From positions 32,001-96,000 of the IMG/VR virus record IMGVR_UViG_3300033074_001484: a stretch of DNA of 64,000 nucleotides. One strand, written 5' to 3'. The first letter of the stretch is position 1; each line of letters opens with the position of its first letter. Origin of the DNA: a virus (lineage: Duplodnaviria > Caudoviricetes). Both the position numbers and the translations under genes were made by a program. Shown here in pieces: positions 1 to 12,570 of this stretch. The notes under the pieces were generated by a model, which was not told where the DNA came from, made no database searches, and saw only the letters and a program-made list of their open reading frames with translations.

Positions 1-1371
1 CGTAACACCATAAACGCGGGTATATAGTATTGTACATCTCTGAAGCTGTCATGTTCTGCAATAAAGGTGCCATCCTTTTCAAATACTTGTGTTATGCGTC
101 TGATTGGATCATCTACATTTCCACTCCCACGACATGTTTGAGTGGTAATTATGACTTCTTTACAAATGACTTCTTTGTCCATAATGATTTATTTTAAAAT
201 GGGTGCGTTGCCATATTCGCCGTCCGGTATACCTTCCCCGGCATTCAATTTTTTTAGCATTGATAATATGTCATGTAGTTCGGATTCATCCAAGGAAGCA
301 TCACTATCAGACCATACTCTATAACCGACCACAAAGACCTCGGTTAAAATACTACACCTATATGATAGAGGTGTACAGTCTGGTTCTGAATAAATTTCTA
401 ATCCCGATTTGACATTTTTTACATACACCATTTCATCAGTTTTTTATTATGATTATTTCTCCCCAATCACACAAAAAATTATAGATATTATCATATTCAA
501 ATTTAACATCATCATTCATAATATGTGGACAACATACTGTTATATAAATATCGGTTTGTTTGACATGCGCTGTGACACGAAGGCCCTTAACTAACCCATT
601 CTTTGGTTCACCATTATATGTAGCAATAAATGTAAATGGTTTGTGATATTTCCCGGATATGGTTCTAATTGATTTGACCAAATCTACCTTATCTCCCATG
701 ATTGGTGTTTGTTTGGCATGTTTTTTAGTGAATATTGGTAAAATATAGTCTGTTGTTGTGTATTTTACACCCAACACGATGCTACGACCCAATTGTACTA
801 TATTGATGGTGATATTAAACACCAACAGCATCAAAATGGCCAATGCCATATATTCACTCATAATAATTTGTTTTGGTTAGGTGGGGGGGTCAACTGACCC
901 CCCACCCACGTTGGCGTATTGTACTTTTCCGCTGAAAACTATTATCACCTGTACGTTTTAATTCGGCATTTACAGACTCTGCACAAAATGTTTTCATTTT
1001 TGAGCATTCGTCATAAAACACTGATGCCGCTTGTAAACTTTTTATTGCAATTTCCCTAATTTCGTCGGTTGACAGGTCTTCCATTTGCACGTACTGGTCG
1101 CGAAAAAGCATTTCCGCCAAATTTTCAAGTTTACTGTCCATTGAATAATATATTGATTAGCGTTTTGTCATAGTTCGTGATTTTGGTTTTTACAATAAAT
1201 ATTGCGCCATAGTATGTATCAGATAACAAAGGTATGATATAGGGATAAACTGTCCAATAGTTTGGCAATATTTATATTCTTAATATATGTTAACACCTCA
1301 TATTTATGTATTGCCGGTAACATTTTGAATGGTTATTAATTGATAACAATATTTATTGAAAATTGAATTGA

Positions 1372-1815
1372 ATGATGGCACCTTGGACATATGACAATAC
1401 TTTAATCTTATCAACCAATCAAATTCCTACGGGTGTAATTGGATTTGTCTATATAATTACACACACACCTTCCGGCAAAAAATACATTGGTAAAAAGAAT
1501 TTGTATAATGAACGCCGGATACCGATGGGTAAACGAGAACTAAAAGCGTGGACAAAACCCGGCACAAAGCCTAAAAAGAAAGTATCCATTAAAGAGTCAA
1601 ATTGGAAATCGTATTACAGTAGTAATGCGTGGATATTGGAACAGGTTAAAAATGGTCATGATGCAGATTTTAAACGAGAAATTTTACAATGGTGTTATAC
1701 AAAAATAGATTTAACCTATCAAGAATGTAGATATCAATTCATACACAACGTCCTAAAAGACGATAATTACTTGAATGATAATATACTTGGTAAGTTTTAT
1801 AAAGGTAAAGTATGA
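1372..1815 (+). CDS. GIY-YIG family endonuclease
   Basis: GFVYIITH...KKYIGKK motif, typical of T4-like phage GIY-YIG nucleases. Confidence 0.8.
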   Translation: MMAPWTYDNTLILSTNQIPTGVIGFVYIITHTPSGKKYIGKKNLYNERRIPMGKRELKAWTKPGTKPKKKVSIKESNWKSYYSSNAWILEQVKNGHDADFKREILQWCYTKIDLTYQECRYQFIHNVLKDDNYLNDNILGKFYKGKV

Positions 1816-2631
1816 AGCTGTCCACACTCTATAAATTAAGTTTGAACGAAGCTACACTGGATTTAATTCAAGATGTCGAATATGTGTATAAAAATGGTGG
1901 ATTTGCTAAGTTCATATCTGATTTTAACAATAAAAAATACCCTTTAAAATCTGAAATATTTTACGACTCATTTACAAAAAAAGCATGTCAAAATAATACC
2001 ATCAAGTCAGCTTAAAACTCCATTAGCAGTATCGGCACATGCAATTAATCCTATACACATAGTATGTGGTTTTGTTTCAGACATTGACATGAGTAATTAT
2101 TATGACATGACCAACAAAATTATACGTGTGGGATTTAATAAAGCTACGTTGTATTGTATATATCATCCGGGCGATTGTGGGCATACGAGTCAAACACTGT
2201 CACATGAAATAACTCCCCAACGAATCAAAGCGTCAATATATCATGAACTGTCTCATTGGGTAAGGGATAGTCTTGGCAATTCTTTTTTGACAAAACTTGT
2301 GACACGTGCAAGTGAAACACATTCACCTGAAATCAAAAATCTGGGAAATCCAAATGTAAACATGACAACTTTTGAACTTGACGCACAAATACACGGTATA
2401 AAGGGGATCAAACAGCAAAATCCGGATGCGTATAACAATTACACGCTATTAGAGTTGTTTTTGGAATATACATCACTATTTTCTATTTACAAAACATTAT
2501 ACAATCGTCGAGATGGTTCCCACAAGGTTTGGCTTACAAACTTACTAAAGCGAATGCATAGGGAGAATTTGATTGGTAAAAATATGAAGGGGAGTGTAGA
2601 TGCTCTCAACGCAGCTATTATAGATGATTAG
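1812..2631 (+). pseudogene. Frameshifted HExxH (zincin-like) protein with N-terminal head-targeting-like leader
   Basis: ORFs 1812-2015 and 2089-2631 join into one frame if one A is removed from the A7 run at 1976-1982; HELSH motif. Confidence 0.6.
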
Positions 2632-2637
2632 GTTTGT

Positions 2638-3084
2638 TCAATTTTCAATTGACGAATAATACACATTTGGATATGTGTGAGATAATCTCAGCAAAGTTCT
2701 GATATCGGTATTTACTCTGATTACTCGTATTTTATGTGCCGGGTCCTTTGTATATAAGGCATATGCCCGGTGATGGCCATCCAGTAAATAATTATCTTTT
2801 GATATTATCACTGGTTTTGATAATGCCGAGTTATCAACACGTAACAGACGTTTGACCTTGTCAACATTTATTTCATGCTGAGTTGGTTTTAAATTTTTAA
2901 CAGGGATATTCCCAGATACAACTTCAACGCCTGACTGTTGAAGAAAATGTATATAATCTCTAATGTGGAAATTGGATATCTGCGGCATTTTGTGCCGGGG
3001 AATATTTAGTGAATTTGGCAGCGTGGAAATTTCTGCCTCTGCAATCAATTGTGAGTAGTATAAAAATTTATCTATATTAGTCAT
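2638..3084 (-). CDS. ParB/sulfiredoxin-like domain protein
   Basis: LKPTQHEIN...PVIISKDNYLLDGHHR motif. Confidence 0.75.
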   Translation of the reverse strand: MTNIDKFLYYSQLIAEAEISTLPNSLNIPRHKMPQISNFHIRDYIHFLQQSGVEVVSGNIPVKNLKPTQHEINVDKVKRLLRVDNSALSKPVIISKDNYLLDGHHRAYALYTKDPAHKIRVIRVNTDIRTLLRLSHTYPNVYYSSIEN

Positions 3085-3683
3085 CTACATTAATAAATAT
3101 CACGAAATGTCTGAATCAATAGGTGGTTCAATGTTATCGCTGACAACGGTCCTTAAAAATTGTTTGAATAACGCCTCAAATTCAAACCTGTCCATCTGTT
3201 TAATGGCTTTTTGAATCTCTGGATCACAATATATGTATATGGACCCGATATAATAGTGGGGGTCTATTTTTAGTTTGAAATGTTCGGCACACAAATTCAC
3301 ATGTGATACGAGTAATGTGGACGTGTTATTAAAATATCGATTGAATTTATTGGTGGCAATCTTGCGGTGCCGTTGCCAAAGAATCACCGTTATTATATTC
3401 GTTATTAGTAATATAAAAATTATCCATTCAGTGACAGTCATGGGTGTGGTATTTGTGGAAACATGTTATTCAATCGCACTCAAAAATTCATTGAGGTTGG
3501 AAATCAATAATTTAACCTCATCAATTGATAGGTCTATATAGGCATCATTACCATCTTGGGCAATTTGCAATTGTACTTCGGTGGTAATGCCATGTGGCCA
3601 TTCGCTTGATACAAGTGCCAACATTCGCTCATCACCATCACGATCTTCGTCAATTAATTTAAAGTGTGCCATGATTTGTTGAT

Positions 3684-4289
3684 TTAGGAAATAACATTTC
3701 GTTCAATAGTCAGGTTAGTGTCGGACACAACGATAATAAAGTCGTCATGCATAACAGCCAGCGGTAATTGTTTTTGCAACTCGTGTACGGCATCATGCGC
3801 AGTTTTCAACGCCATGTTTTTTTGTTTTTTTATGTCACTAAGTCGCTGCTCAAGTTCAATATATTCTTTACTGAGTTTTTCAATTTGAAATGCACATCTG
3901 GTGATCAATAATACACTTTCTGATTTGTTACGGTTTTTTGGGTCAATTACCTCTGTGAATGGTATTTCATTTGATTGTTCACAGAGTTCAAGTCCGTTAA
4001 TTTCTATATCGTATTCTCTTTGTAATTTTATAAGGACCCTGTCAAGGGCAGCATAATCGTAAGGTTCAAATTCAGGCCAACGGCCACTATATACCGGGTA
4101 CCCATACACTTCAACAAAAAAAGCTATTGGGTCAGTGATCCCTAAAGTTTTAAAGAAATCCTCCGGACCATTCTTCTGTGTGGAATTGCTGGTAATGGCT
4201 AAGTACATTGAATGTATTCTTGCCGACCACACTGTACCATCTGGGGTGCATATTGTAAAGGTTTTATCCTCTGTAAGTTTATATTTCAT
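3684..4289 (-). CDS. Hypothetical protein with C-terminal coiled coil
   Basis: Long ORF; likely start MKYKL at 4289. Confidence 0.55.
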   Translation of the reverse strand: MKYKLTEDKTFTICTPDGTVWSARIHSMYLAITSNSTQKNGPEDFFKTLGITDPIAFFVEVYGYPVYSGRWPEFEPYDYAALDRVLIKLQREYDIEINGLELCEQSNEIPFTEVIDPKNRNKSESVLLITRCAFQIEKLSKEYIELEQRLSDIKKQKNMALKTAHDAVHELQKQLPLAVMHDDFIIVVSDTNLTIERNVIS

Positions 4290-4370
4290 GTTTGTTAATT
4301 TAAGAGTTATTACGGTTGATTGTGCCAAACCCATTCAATCGCATAATGATTTATTACTGAATACATTATG

Positions 4371-4400
4371 CCTTGGTGTTATAGCGTAAACACTATGTTA
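4371..4400 (+). other. attI-like array head site, copy 1
   Basis: CCTTGGTGTTATAGCGTAAACACTATGTTA; part of a 70-nt repeat 68/70 identical to 15418-15487, with identity ending just after the GTT core. Confidence 0.7.
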
Positions 4401-4410
4401 GCGGTCAGTG

Positions 4411-4629
4411 CTACTTAGCGTGTAGCTTCATGGATTCGTCCAATTGCTTAACAGTCATGTGTCCACAGCCTTGATGGTAGCTATCAATCCACTGGTCGTT
4501 GTCAATATCAGAAGGGTGAACACCATATCTTATTACAATTTCGTTTTCCGCTAATTTTAGCAAGTCAAGATAGTTTCTATGTGCATCCGTAAGTGTATCA
4601 AGTATTTTTTGAAATTGTTTATCAGTCAT
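4411..4629 (-). CDS. Hypothetical cassette protein
   Basis: Fills unit 4397-4661; stop codon abuts the terminal IR. Confidence 0.65.
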   Translation of the reverse strand: MTDKQFQKILDTLTDAHRNYLDLLKLAENEIVIRYGVHPSDIDNDQWIDSYHQGCGHMTVKQLDESMKLHAK

Positions 4630-4755
4630 TTTATTTCAATTTACCGCACCGAACCGCTAACAAGGCATTTACGCTACCCGTGCGGACGATACGCTATTTA
4701 ACATTGGTTTTTCAATTACGGGGCAGCGTAAATGCCCCGTCCGTTGTGTGTAATA

Positions 4756-5184
4756 CTACGTTCGTCCATCAAACACCACCACCATACTATCGTGCATACC
4801 AGCATTGCCCGTAACAAATTCGCCCTTTGTATTTACACCGCAAAACTTTATTCTCTTTTCAATGAAGCGGATTTCTTTTTGGTTCGGCAATATATGTTTG
4901 TGGAATAATTGAGTGCTTGTGCTTACAGGTAAAAGCATCACACATAATTTACCTTTCTTGCTTTCCTCTATTGCCTTAATCACAAATGCATCTTTAAGTT
5001 TTCTACTGTAAGGTGGGTTAATAAAATTTCGCTCTTTCCATTCAATTTCAAGTCCATCCCATTTTTCAATATCGTGCTGATACGGGCAAGGATCAAAGTT
5101 AAAATCAAACTCTTTATTCAATTCATCATAAAAGTACAGTGGTGTCGCCCAGTCATTTTTATGTGGTATGTTTCTATTCTTCAT
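4756..5184 (-). CDS. Phage N6-adenine DNA methyltransferase (Dam-like), cassette-borne
   Basis: DWATP...FDPCP...FINPPYS motifs. Confidence 0.85.
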   Translation of the reverse strand: MKNRNIPHKNDWATPLYFYDELNKEFDFNFDPCPYQHDIEKWDGLEIEWKERNFINPPYSRKLKDAFVIKAIEESKKGKLCVMLLPVSTSTQLFHKHILPNQKEIRFIEKRIKFCGVNTKGEFVTGNAGMHDSMVVVFDGRT

Positions 5185-5310
5185 AATTTCTGTTTATTTG
5201 CCCGTACTACACACAACAATGTGTATAAGTAATGGCACGTTAAAGTTTGTGGCATAATTCAAAGGTTAGGTGTATGTGCCACTACTCATACACTCGGACG
5301 TTAGCAACAA

Positions 5311-5502
5311 TTACATGTAACCACCTTCATGTAATCGAATATAAGCCTCACAATCTGATAAACTACCTTGATACACTTCATTTTCTTCTACTGTGTTAGG
5401 TTCACTATCGTAAGCACTTGTTCGTTCTCCATATGTGGTTACAATTTCTATAACCTCATAAGTGTTGTCTTGAAAAAATCTAACTTTGTATTCTCGTTTC
5501 AT
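5311..5502 (-). CDS. Hypothetical cassette protein
   Basis: Fills unit 5300-5522. Confidence 0.65.
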   Translation of the reverse strand: MKREYKVRFFQDNTYEVIEIVTTYGERTSAYDSEPNTVEENEVYQGSLSDCEAYIRLHEGGYM

Positions 5503-5730
5503 AATAAGTAACTGTTGCTAACAAGGTATATATGCAATACCCTATTAATGTTATAATAAATTTAAAGTTTGTGCTTCGGGTACTGCATATATACCCGACC
5601 GTTAGTTGCAATTGCTACATTCATCTATCTAATCATCTTTTGTGGAAACATTTTTATTCTTTTTTTCCTCCCACACTGCAAATATACGATTTTTTTTTCT
5701 TTTTGTTACTATTTATATATAAAAAATATT

Positions 5731-6033
5731 ATGGCAACGAAAAAAATTACTTTGAATGAATTACGTAGCTTGGTTAAGCAGATTATTAAGGAAGAAACTG
5801 GGCAACATAGTGGCTTGAAATTAAAATATAAAAGACCTACTGACAAAGAAGAGGGTAATATAGCTATTTTCTTTAATGATGAAGAAATCGGATATATGAT
5901 GCCAGTTCGTTCTAAATTTGCAAAGATTGGTGATAATTATCATATCCAATTTTCTTATCAAGGAAAAAAGTATATTGAAAAATTTTCAAACAAACAAAAA
6001 GCCATTGAATATTTAAAATCAATAATTAACTAA
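5731..6033 (+). CDS. Putative capsid-packaged internal protein (MATKKITLNEL leader)
   Basis: Leader shared with 19161-19466; TATTTAT motif upstream; true start 5731 rather than 5569. Confidence 0.65.
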   Translation: MATKKITLNELRSLVKQIIKEETGQHSGLKLKYKRPTDKEEGNIAIFFNDEEIGYMMPVRSKFAKIGDNYHIQFSYQGKKYIEKFSNKQKAIEYLKSIIN

Positions 6034-6243
6034 AACCTTTTCATAAAAAGAATAAAAATGTATTAGTACTTCGATTGAAGTTCTACGGTAAATAATCCGC
6101 AACTGCAACTAACAGCGTGTATAAAACATTAAAACGATTTTATACACGCAAAACGTTATGTACAAGTGCTACATTGTGCTTCTAATTAAGTTTCGTGAAT
6201 AAAACAAAAAGAATTTTCCCAACGCACAACAAAGGTACTAATT

Positions 6244-6714
6244 CTATTTATCAAATCCAAATTTTCTATTGGGATTATTCCAAAGTGCTTCTGCTGATTT
6301 ACTATGTGGTGTATCAGGGTAAAGTTTTTCACCTGTTAATTTTTCAATCCATTCGTAAATATTAGATGCGATACGTGTTCTTCTTTTATCACTTCTAACA
6401 TCTATTGATGCTTTCATTAATGAATTTTGTTTTTTTTTACCATAGGTTGCATTACCTATTTCAGTTCCATCAGAATTATCAAAAACTATGATTTTTCCCC
6501 ATAAAAACCAATAATCGTTTTTAGGGATAATATTTAAATATGTGTTTCCACCAATCACAATCTTATCATTGTAATCACTATAATCATCAAGTTTTTTTAA
6601 ACTCTTAATATAATCCATTGAAACATCATCGTATGCTTCATTTATATTTCTTAATCTATTTTCATTCAAATATTCTCTTATTGTGGTTTTAATAAACTTT
6701 CTCAAATCTTTCAT
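6244..6714 (-). CDS. Putative GNAT-fold protein with head-targeting-like leader
   Basis: MKDLRKFIKTTIREYLNE leader; IDVRSDKRRTRIASNIY resembles GNAT motif A; paralogue of 23419-23778. Confidence 0.55.
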   Translation of the reverse strand: MKDLRKFIKTTIREYLNENRLRNINEAYDDVSMDYIKSLKKLDDYSDYNDKIVIGGNTYLNIIPKNDYWFLWGKIIVFDNSDGTEIGNATYGKKKQNSLMKASIDVRSDKRRTRIASNIYEWIEKLTGEKLYPDTPHSKSAEALWNNPNRKFGFDK

Positions 6715-6945
6715 TAGTTTCTTTTATATATAAATATTTGAATTTAAAATTCCCACCCGAAATTCTTTTTGTTTTTGTATGTGGTTCTAATTAAGTTTTG
6801 TTTGAACTTCACCGCACCTGTACATAACAAGGTGTATATGTAATGGTGGTTTTGTCAGTAATTTCAACATTAGTGCTTTCTTTATAGTTTTTTGGTTAAT
6901 CAAAGTTTCTCCTATCTAATCCACCACTACATATACACCCAACCG

Positions 6946-7290
6946 TTAGCGGTCATTGCCTGTGTACGGTACACTAATAAAGTGAAAGCATCCAGTTTTC
7001 AACTTATAACCAATATATGCCTCTTTACCAGTTGGTGATTCTTTACAATCTTTTATAGCAAATACCTCTAATGAATGAGCATCTTTTGGTAACGGCAACA
7101 CACCGCTAACATCGTGTATAGGTAATATTTTTGCTTCCTTCATTGCTTCGATAAACCTATCCTCCGTCATTGCTTGTATCACCTCACCTTCTGTGTAGCT
7201 TCCGTCATTCTCAAACCTTCCAGTATCTGCGTAGCAATTGGATAGGTTTTTAAACAATTGTCGTAACTCTAATTCATTCATTCTATTCAA
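6946..7290 (-). CDS. Hypothetical protein starting within an attC-like loop
   Basis: Crosses core at 7108-7110 as Val (HDV|SG); stop is the TAA of the GTTA core at 6945. Confidence 0.65.
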   Translation of the reverse strand: MNRMNELELRQLFKNLSNCYADTGRFENDGSYTEGEVIQAMTEDRFIEAMKEAKILPIHDVSGVLPLPKDAHSLEVFAIKDCKESPTGKEAYIGYKLKTGCFHFISVPYTGNDR

Positions 7291-8068
7291 TTTTTGTAGT
7301 TAACAATCACAAAAATACATACCCATACCTGCAAACCGTTATGGACAATACACTTTGAACCACCTATCAAGGTGCCCATTTTTAAAGTCATTAATAAATG
7401 TTTCTGTGTCTTTTCCAAGTTTTGAAGCCCAATATTCAGCGGGTGCATGGTTACCTTTCATGTTACTATTATAAGGTGTTATCCAATCCCTAATCACGAG
7501 TAAATGAGTACTACCCATAACATCGTGTATAGCACATTGCTGTTCTTTTTTCAATTTACTATTTTCCATATTTTTAACCCACCGACTATAATCCTTGAAC
7601 CAAAAGATATTACCTGACCATAGGAACGCCGTTAATCCAGCATACCAATCGGCATCTTGTTGCCACCATATCGTAATAATATGCCAACAAGCGATAATGA
7701 TTAATCCTTGAATTAAACAACGCTGTATGACAGCAATTACATTCAACTTAACCTGTATTGCCGGTAACGCGGGTTTCGTGTCAATGTTTTTTGATTTCAT
7801 TTCGTTTTCATTTTCGGACAGAGTACCTGTATTCATCAAATCAATCATTCATGGCACATGCAAAAGAAAATCTCCTGCTACATGGTTACCTACACAGTAT
7901 CCATTTGTTCTGTAGACCCCACCTGATTCATCAATGTAAGCATATTTCACAACCTTTTCATTGGTCACATCCCACCCCCTATTCTTATTATATGAAGCAC
8001 GTGCCATATCACCCGCTAATGGGGCATGATCTTGTTGGTTCTCAGAAGTTTGTTTCTCGTTACTCATA

Positions 8069-11000
8069 CTATTGAGCATTTAACCCTTCAGCAATTCCTG
8101 CGTTGTATCCTGCTGTAAAACCTCTATCAAAAGTATCGGAAGCACTCTCCCCAGAACAGTTTTTTACTTGTTGTTGTGTAAAATATTGGACCAATTCATC
8201 ATATTGAGATTTGTTTAATTTTATTCTTGTTATGGACATTTCGCCAAATTCAAAGATATGATTTCGTCCTTCTTTGTAATGTTTCATATTGTTTTAATAC
8301 ATTTAGATATTTCTTAACGATGCCCGTGTGTGGACTACTTATAATCAGTCCAGTATGCGTTTAACTGTTACCGGTATTTCATCAAATGGGCTTTCCCACT
8401 CAAAGTCGTCAGAATCTATGAATAGTACCACTTTCTTTTCGTGGTCAATTTTTAGTACTTTGGCAATACACTTTTCACCACCGGGACCTTCATCATATTT
8501 GACCTTTGCTCCGACGAATAATTTGTCTACGGTAATCATTGGTCATTTTTTTCAAGTTGTCTATCCAATCCGATCACAAGTGCAATTGCTGCCTCCTTGC
8601 TTAATTTAATAATTGTCTCCACAACCTTACCTTTACGAACATTGTGGATAGCCCTCGGTGTCAGGTCATCCGACAGTACCGTAAACTTTATAATGTAGTT
8701 ATCATCCTGCAAGGCAGCGACAACTACCCGCCCGTTCTCAAATTTGAACTTATCGCCATTTGTGTATTCAATGTGTGTTATTCGTTTATCGTTCATAACC
8801 CAGATTTAATTTGCTCCTGTATGCAGTGTATTAGTCACAAGAGCTAAATGCCTCGTGCAACTTTTGAACTTTAGCCTTGCAGTATGAAATTGCCAAGTGT
8901 GCTGCTTCTTCGGCTGTAACACATTGTAGCATTTTCTCTTTGATATTCAGGTCATGACAATTCATTATCCAAATATTTGGGTAATGTATATGCCCCATAA
9001 TTATTAATATCCTGCAATCTCCAATTTTTGTTTCAAAAGTCGTTGGCACTTTTTCGGCATCATATTTGGAATACGATGTCACGTCATTCCAAGTAATACC
9101 GGCAGTCACCGGTACCTTTGCAAATTCAAGACATGACTGTTTAATTTCAGGTTTTAGTTCTTCCCGCATTTTTGGTATCTTTTAATAATAAATTGCATTT
9201 TAACACATCATCGACCGTTCGTTCATCACCGTTTTCGGCGATGATTTTATCCAGTTGCCAATGGTTACCCCTGTTAATTGCCTCTGCTGTAAGCAGAAAA
9301 AACGCTTTAAGGAACCCGTTGCAATAAACTTCAAGTTGGAAGGTGTTCCCCATCCAACTTTTGAAGTGTCCAATGTATCGGTAGTGTTTCATTATGAGAA
9401 CCATTTGTCAATAGTTTTCCAGAAATATTTCTCACGCTTATCTGCCCATTCTTTGCTAAATAACATCTGTAGGGCTAAGAACCCGATGCAAATTGCAAGT
9501 AGGGCAATTATGGCAATGAGTATGAAGGTTATAAATAACCACATCAGTGCTTCTATGGCAAACTCTGGAGAAATGTTCCGGATACCGTTCCGGGAAAACA
9601 AATCATGAGTAATCCCAAACATCACCCATTTGTACAGTATGTAGCATGTCACAGCTACTGCTGCGGTATGCCTATCCTTCCAGTTAGTTTCCATTTTGAC
9701 GAAGATTACAATATTTGCAGTTGCCTTTGTGTGTCAGGTATCCTTTAGAATAATGGACATCCATATATAGATATTCACAACTGTCAACTACAATTACATC
9801 GAATTCTCCAATATCATGGTTGACAGTGGGATATTTTGAAGGTTGTTGGCAGGCATTTAGTAAAAATGCGAGGACTACAATTGTGTATTTCATGATTGTT
9901 TATTTTGCGAATGGATGACTGGTAATGGTTCTTCTTTGCCGGTAAATCGGTTAAACGTAACATTACAATCAGGGCATTTATAATACGATAGACCATCGTA
10001 TTCTCCGCGTATTTCAATACCAATACACCGGCTCCACCGATAAGGGGGCGAGTAAAGTTCTTGTACCCGCTCTTTTAACTGTTCATCCGACATGTTGGCA
10101 TATAATGGATTACCTCCATTTCTTAGCTGTATGAAGGATTCAAGAATGGACCCACCGTCCCAATTGGCGTTACATGCAGGGCAATGGGTGGCATTATCAA
10201 GCATCGTTGAAGGTTTTTTGGTTGTTATAAAAGTTTACCAGCACATCACGTCCTGAGTAATCTTGTCTACTACAAGCATCCTCCAACACATTGTCCGGAC
10301 ACGTTCTACACACATCCAATACAACCATCATGTCTTTGTGACATAGGTCGGAATATAGCACGTACAAGTTTGTACCACGTATGGTTGAACAGCTTAATAG
10401 TTTGTTATAAATGGCAAGTGTCCCGGCAGGGTTATACTGGGCAAAATTTCCCAGTTCCACTAAAAATATCATGGCACCGGGGTTTCCATTTGACCATTCA
10501 AATATCTCTCTCATTTTGATTCATATTACGTTCAACCAGTTTGATTGCGGTTGTTGTGAACCCATTTTCTAAAATGGTCACGTTGGCAACGTAAGACTGT
10601 TGTGGTTTTTGCCGTGGAATTGTAAATGTGGCTAACCACAAGAAATAATTCCAGCGAACAAACTTTACGTCACAGTTCACGTTATCAATGTTCACATTCA
10701 CGGTCGATGAACTTTTCATGCCCCGTTTTTTTTGATGTGAGGGTTGGCATCGAATGCAGGTTCGCGGTCGATGAATTTCCGTTGACATTCAGCACAGTAG
10801 CCGGATAACGTCTCATATTCGACAGTTTCCGCTTTGCTCGTCAAGTTCAAATCCGACGTTTTGCAAGCGACGCAAATTCGTTTAGCATGTGCCTCGCTCA
10901 AACTTATCCCGTGGATCAATTTTGAAAAGTGATCAACGAAATTCTTGTGATTGTTGTTCATACCATTCCATTAAGTTGTCCGCTTTACGTTTTTCACTTC

Positions 11001-11989
11001 CTGCTAAGGAAAGCAGGAACACAAACAGCAGCCCGATACATAATGCCCAGACCACTGCTGTATTGTTATTTTGTTTCATCCAAGGTAGGGTTGAAGAATT
11101 TTAACAATTCGTTGTACCTTTTCCATCGTTCATCGGTCGAGTTATCCGAATTTACAAAATCCGAATCACGGAATAGTACAATTCGGAGGTATTCAAATTC
11201 TTCCCACTTCTGGTTCAGGTCTTTTGCAAGTTCCCGCGCCTCAGCAACTCGACTAAGAACTTTTACAATTCCAGACCGGTGTGGTTTGTAGGGCATTTTG
11301 CTTTTGTCTAACACAAAAACCTGTGTACCCTTTTTTACAACTTCGTATCGCATGACTTTTGGTGTTTACATACATGGGACGTTCACATTAGTCGTTAACA
11401 ATTTCAGCATATACCGCCTCAATTTGTTCATGGGTGTGAACGCATTTTAAATTGTGGTTTTCCCAATTAATATGCGCATCATCAATTTTCCAGTCTGTTT
11501 GTTGTATGTCTTGTATTATGTGGGCACGAGCAATTTTAACAAAATTCTCATGTGCAGCTTCAACCGAAAGAGGACCTTTGCGGGTCATAAAATAAAGAGG
11601 ACCTTTGCGGGTATGATAGAAAACCCGCTTGCCACTTACCCCAAGGCACACGCCCTGACGTATAATATTTTTTATTCCTTGTAGTGGCATCATAGCTTGT
11701 TGCATATTCCCTGTAGTCCTCTCATCGCCCTGCGCATCAATTGAATTCGTTGATGCATACTTTCAATTTGCCCCAGTATTTCATTCTTATTGTAGGTTAC
11801 CCTGTAACCTTTGATACCGGCCACAATGGGAAGGTCTCCACGTGATCGCAGGGTATTCACAATATACCTGACCTCTGCTTCTGAAATTTGAATGCCTCGC
11901 GACTTCAAGCGTCGGCAAATTTCAGAATTTGTAATCGGTGTTCTGGTTCTCCGGGCTATTATGGCGCGGATTTGTTCTTCTGCTTTCAT
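8069..11989 (-). other. Run of about 15 short, tightly packed hypothetical phage genes
   Basis: Abutting or overlapping 64-112 aa ORFs on the - strand, including a lipoprotein-like 9684-9893, CxxC protein 9890-10204 and HTH-like 11690-11989. Confidence 0.6.
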
Positions 11990-11993
11990 TGTA

Positions 11994-12023
11994 CCTTGGT
12001 GTTATAGCGGTTATACAATGTTA
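11994..12023 (+). other. attI-like array head site, copy 2
   Basis: CCTTGGTGTTATAGCGGTTATACAATGTTA, 25/30 identical to copies 1 and 3. Confidence 0.65.
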
Positions 12024-12570
12024 GTAGCAAGTGCTACCTATCGTTTCTTAAATGGAATATCCTCTTGTGCTGCGACAAACATTAGAAACAATTCTCTTAC
12101 GTCAGTAGAATAAATATTTGTTGCAGGTATTGAATAAACACCATTACCTAAATAAGCCGCTTGTTTCTCAAATTTTGGAAAATATTTATTCTCCATTTCT
12201 TTTGTGATTTTCTTTTCTAATTCTTCCGTTAATGTCATTTTCGTTTAATTTACCGCACCAGCCACTAACAAAGGCTAAAAGCAATTGCCATCAAGCATAG
12301 TGCAAATTTTGAGCAGTATTTAAGGCAACTGCTCTTAGCCTCAACCATTAGGCGCAATGTTATGACAGTACCCATCTAAGTGTTTTAATATCGTTTTCAA
12401 TCTGCTCATATTGTTTACCCATATTAATACCAATAGGCGAATATATACCAACTTGCTTAATTTGTTCGGCAAGTTCTATGAGCATCGTTTCAAGTTTTTC
12501 GATTTGCTCTTGTATATCGTTATATGTTTTCATTCTTTAAAATTTTGTAAAAAGGCCAACCCCCCTAATG
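11994..12570 (+). mobile_element. Integron-like mini-array 2 (2 cassettes)
   Basis: Unit 12020-12269 (IR 12/15) holds ORF 12038-12238; hairpin 12267-12349 with core mutated to ATT; 57-aa ORF 12360-12533 (-). Confidence 0.7.

Larger units (their letters stand above)
4371..8040 (+). mobile_element. Integron-like cassette array 1 (7 clear cassettes plus decayed tail)
   Basis: AAC-stem-loop-stem-GTT hairpins at 4659-4745, 5215-5302, 5520-5603, 6111-6157, 6826-6947, 7108-7340; each intervening unit has matching terminal IRs, e.g. GTTAGCAACAATTAC 5300 / GTAACTGTTGCTAAC 5508-5522. Confidence 0.85.

Noticed and set aside
5569-5730. N-terminal extension of ORF 5569-6033
   Set aside because: Overlaps the hairpin and promoter; the paralogue starts at MATKK.
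11567-11612. 19-nt direct repeat AAAGAGGACCTTTGCGGGT
   Set aside because: Two-copy in-frame duplication (TRKGPL) within a gene; not an array.
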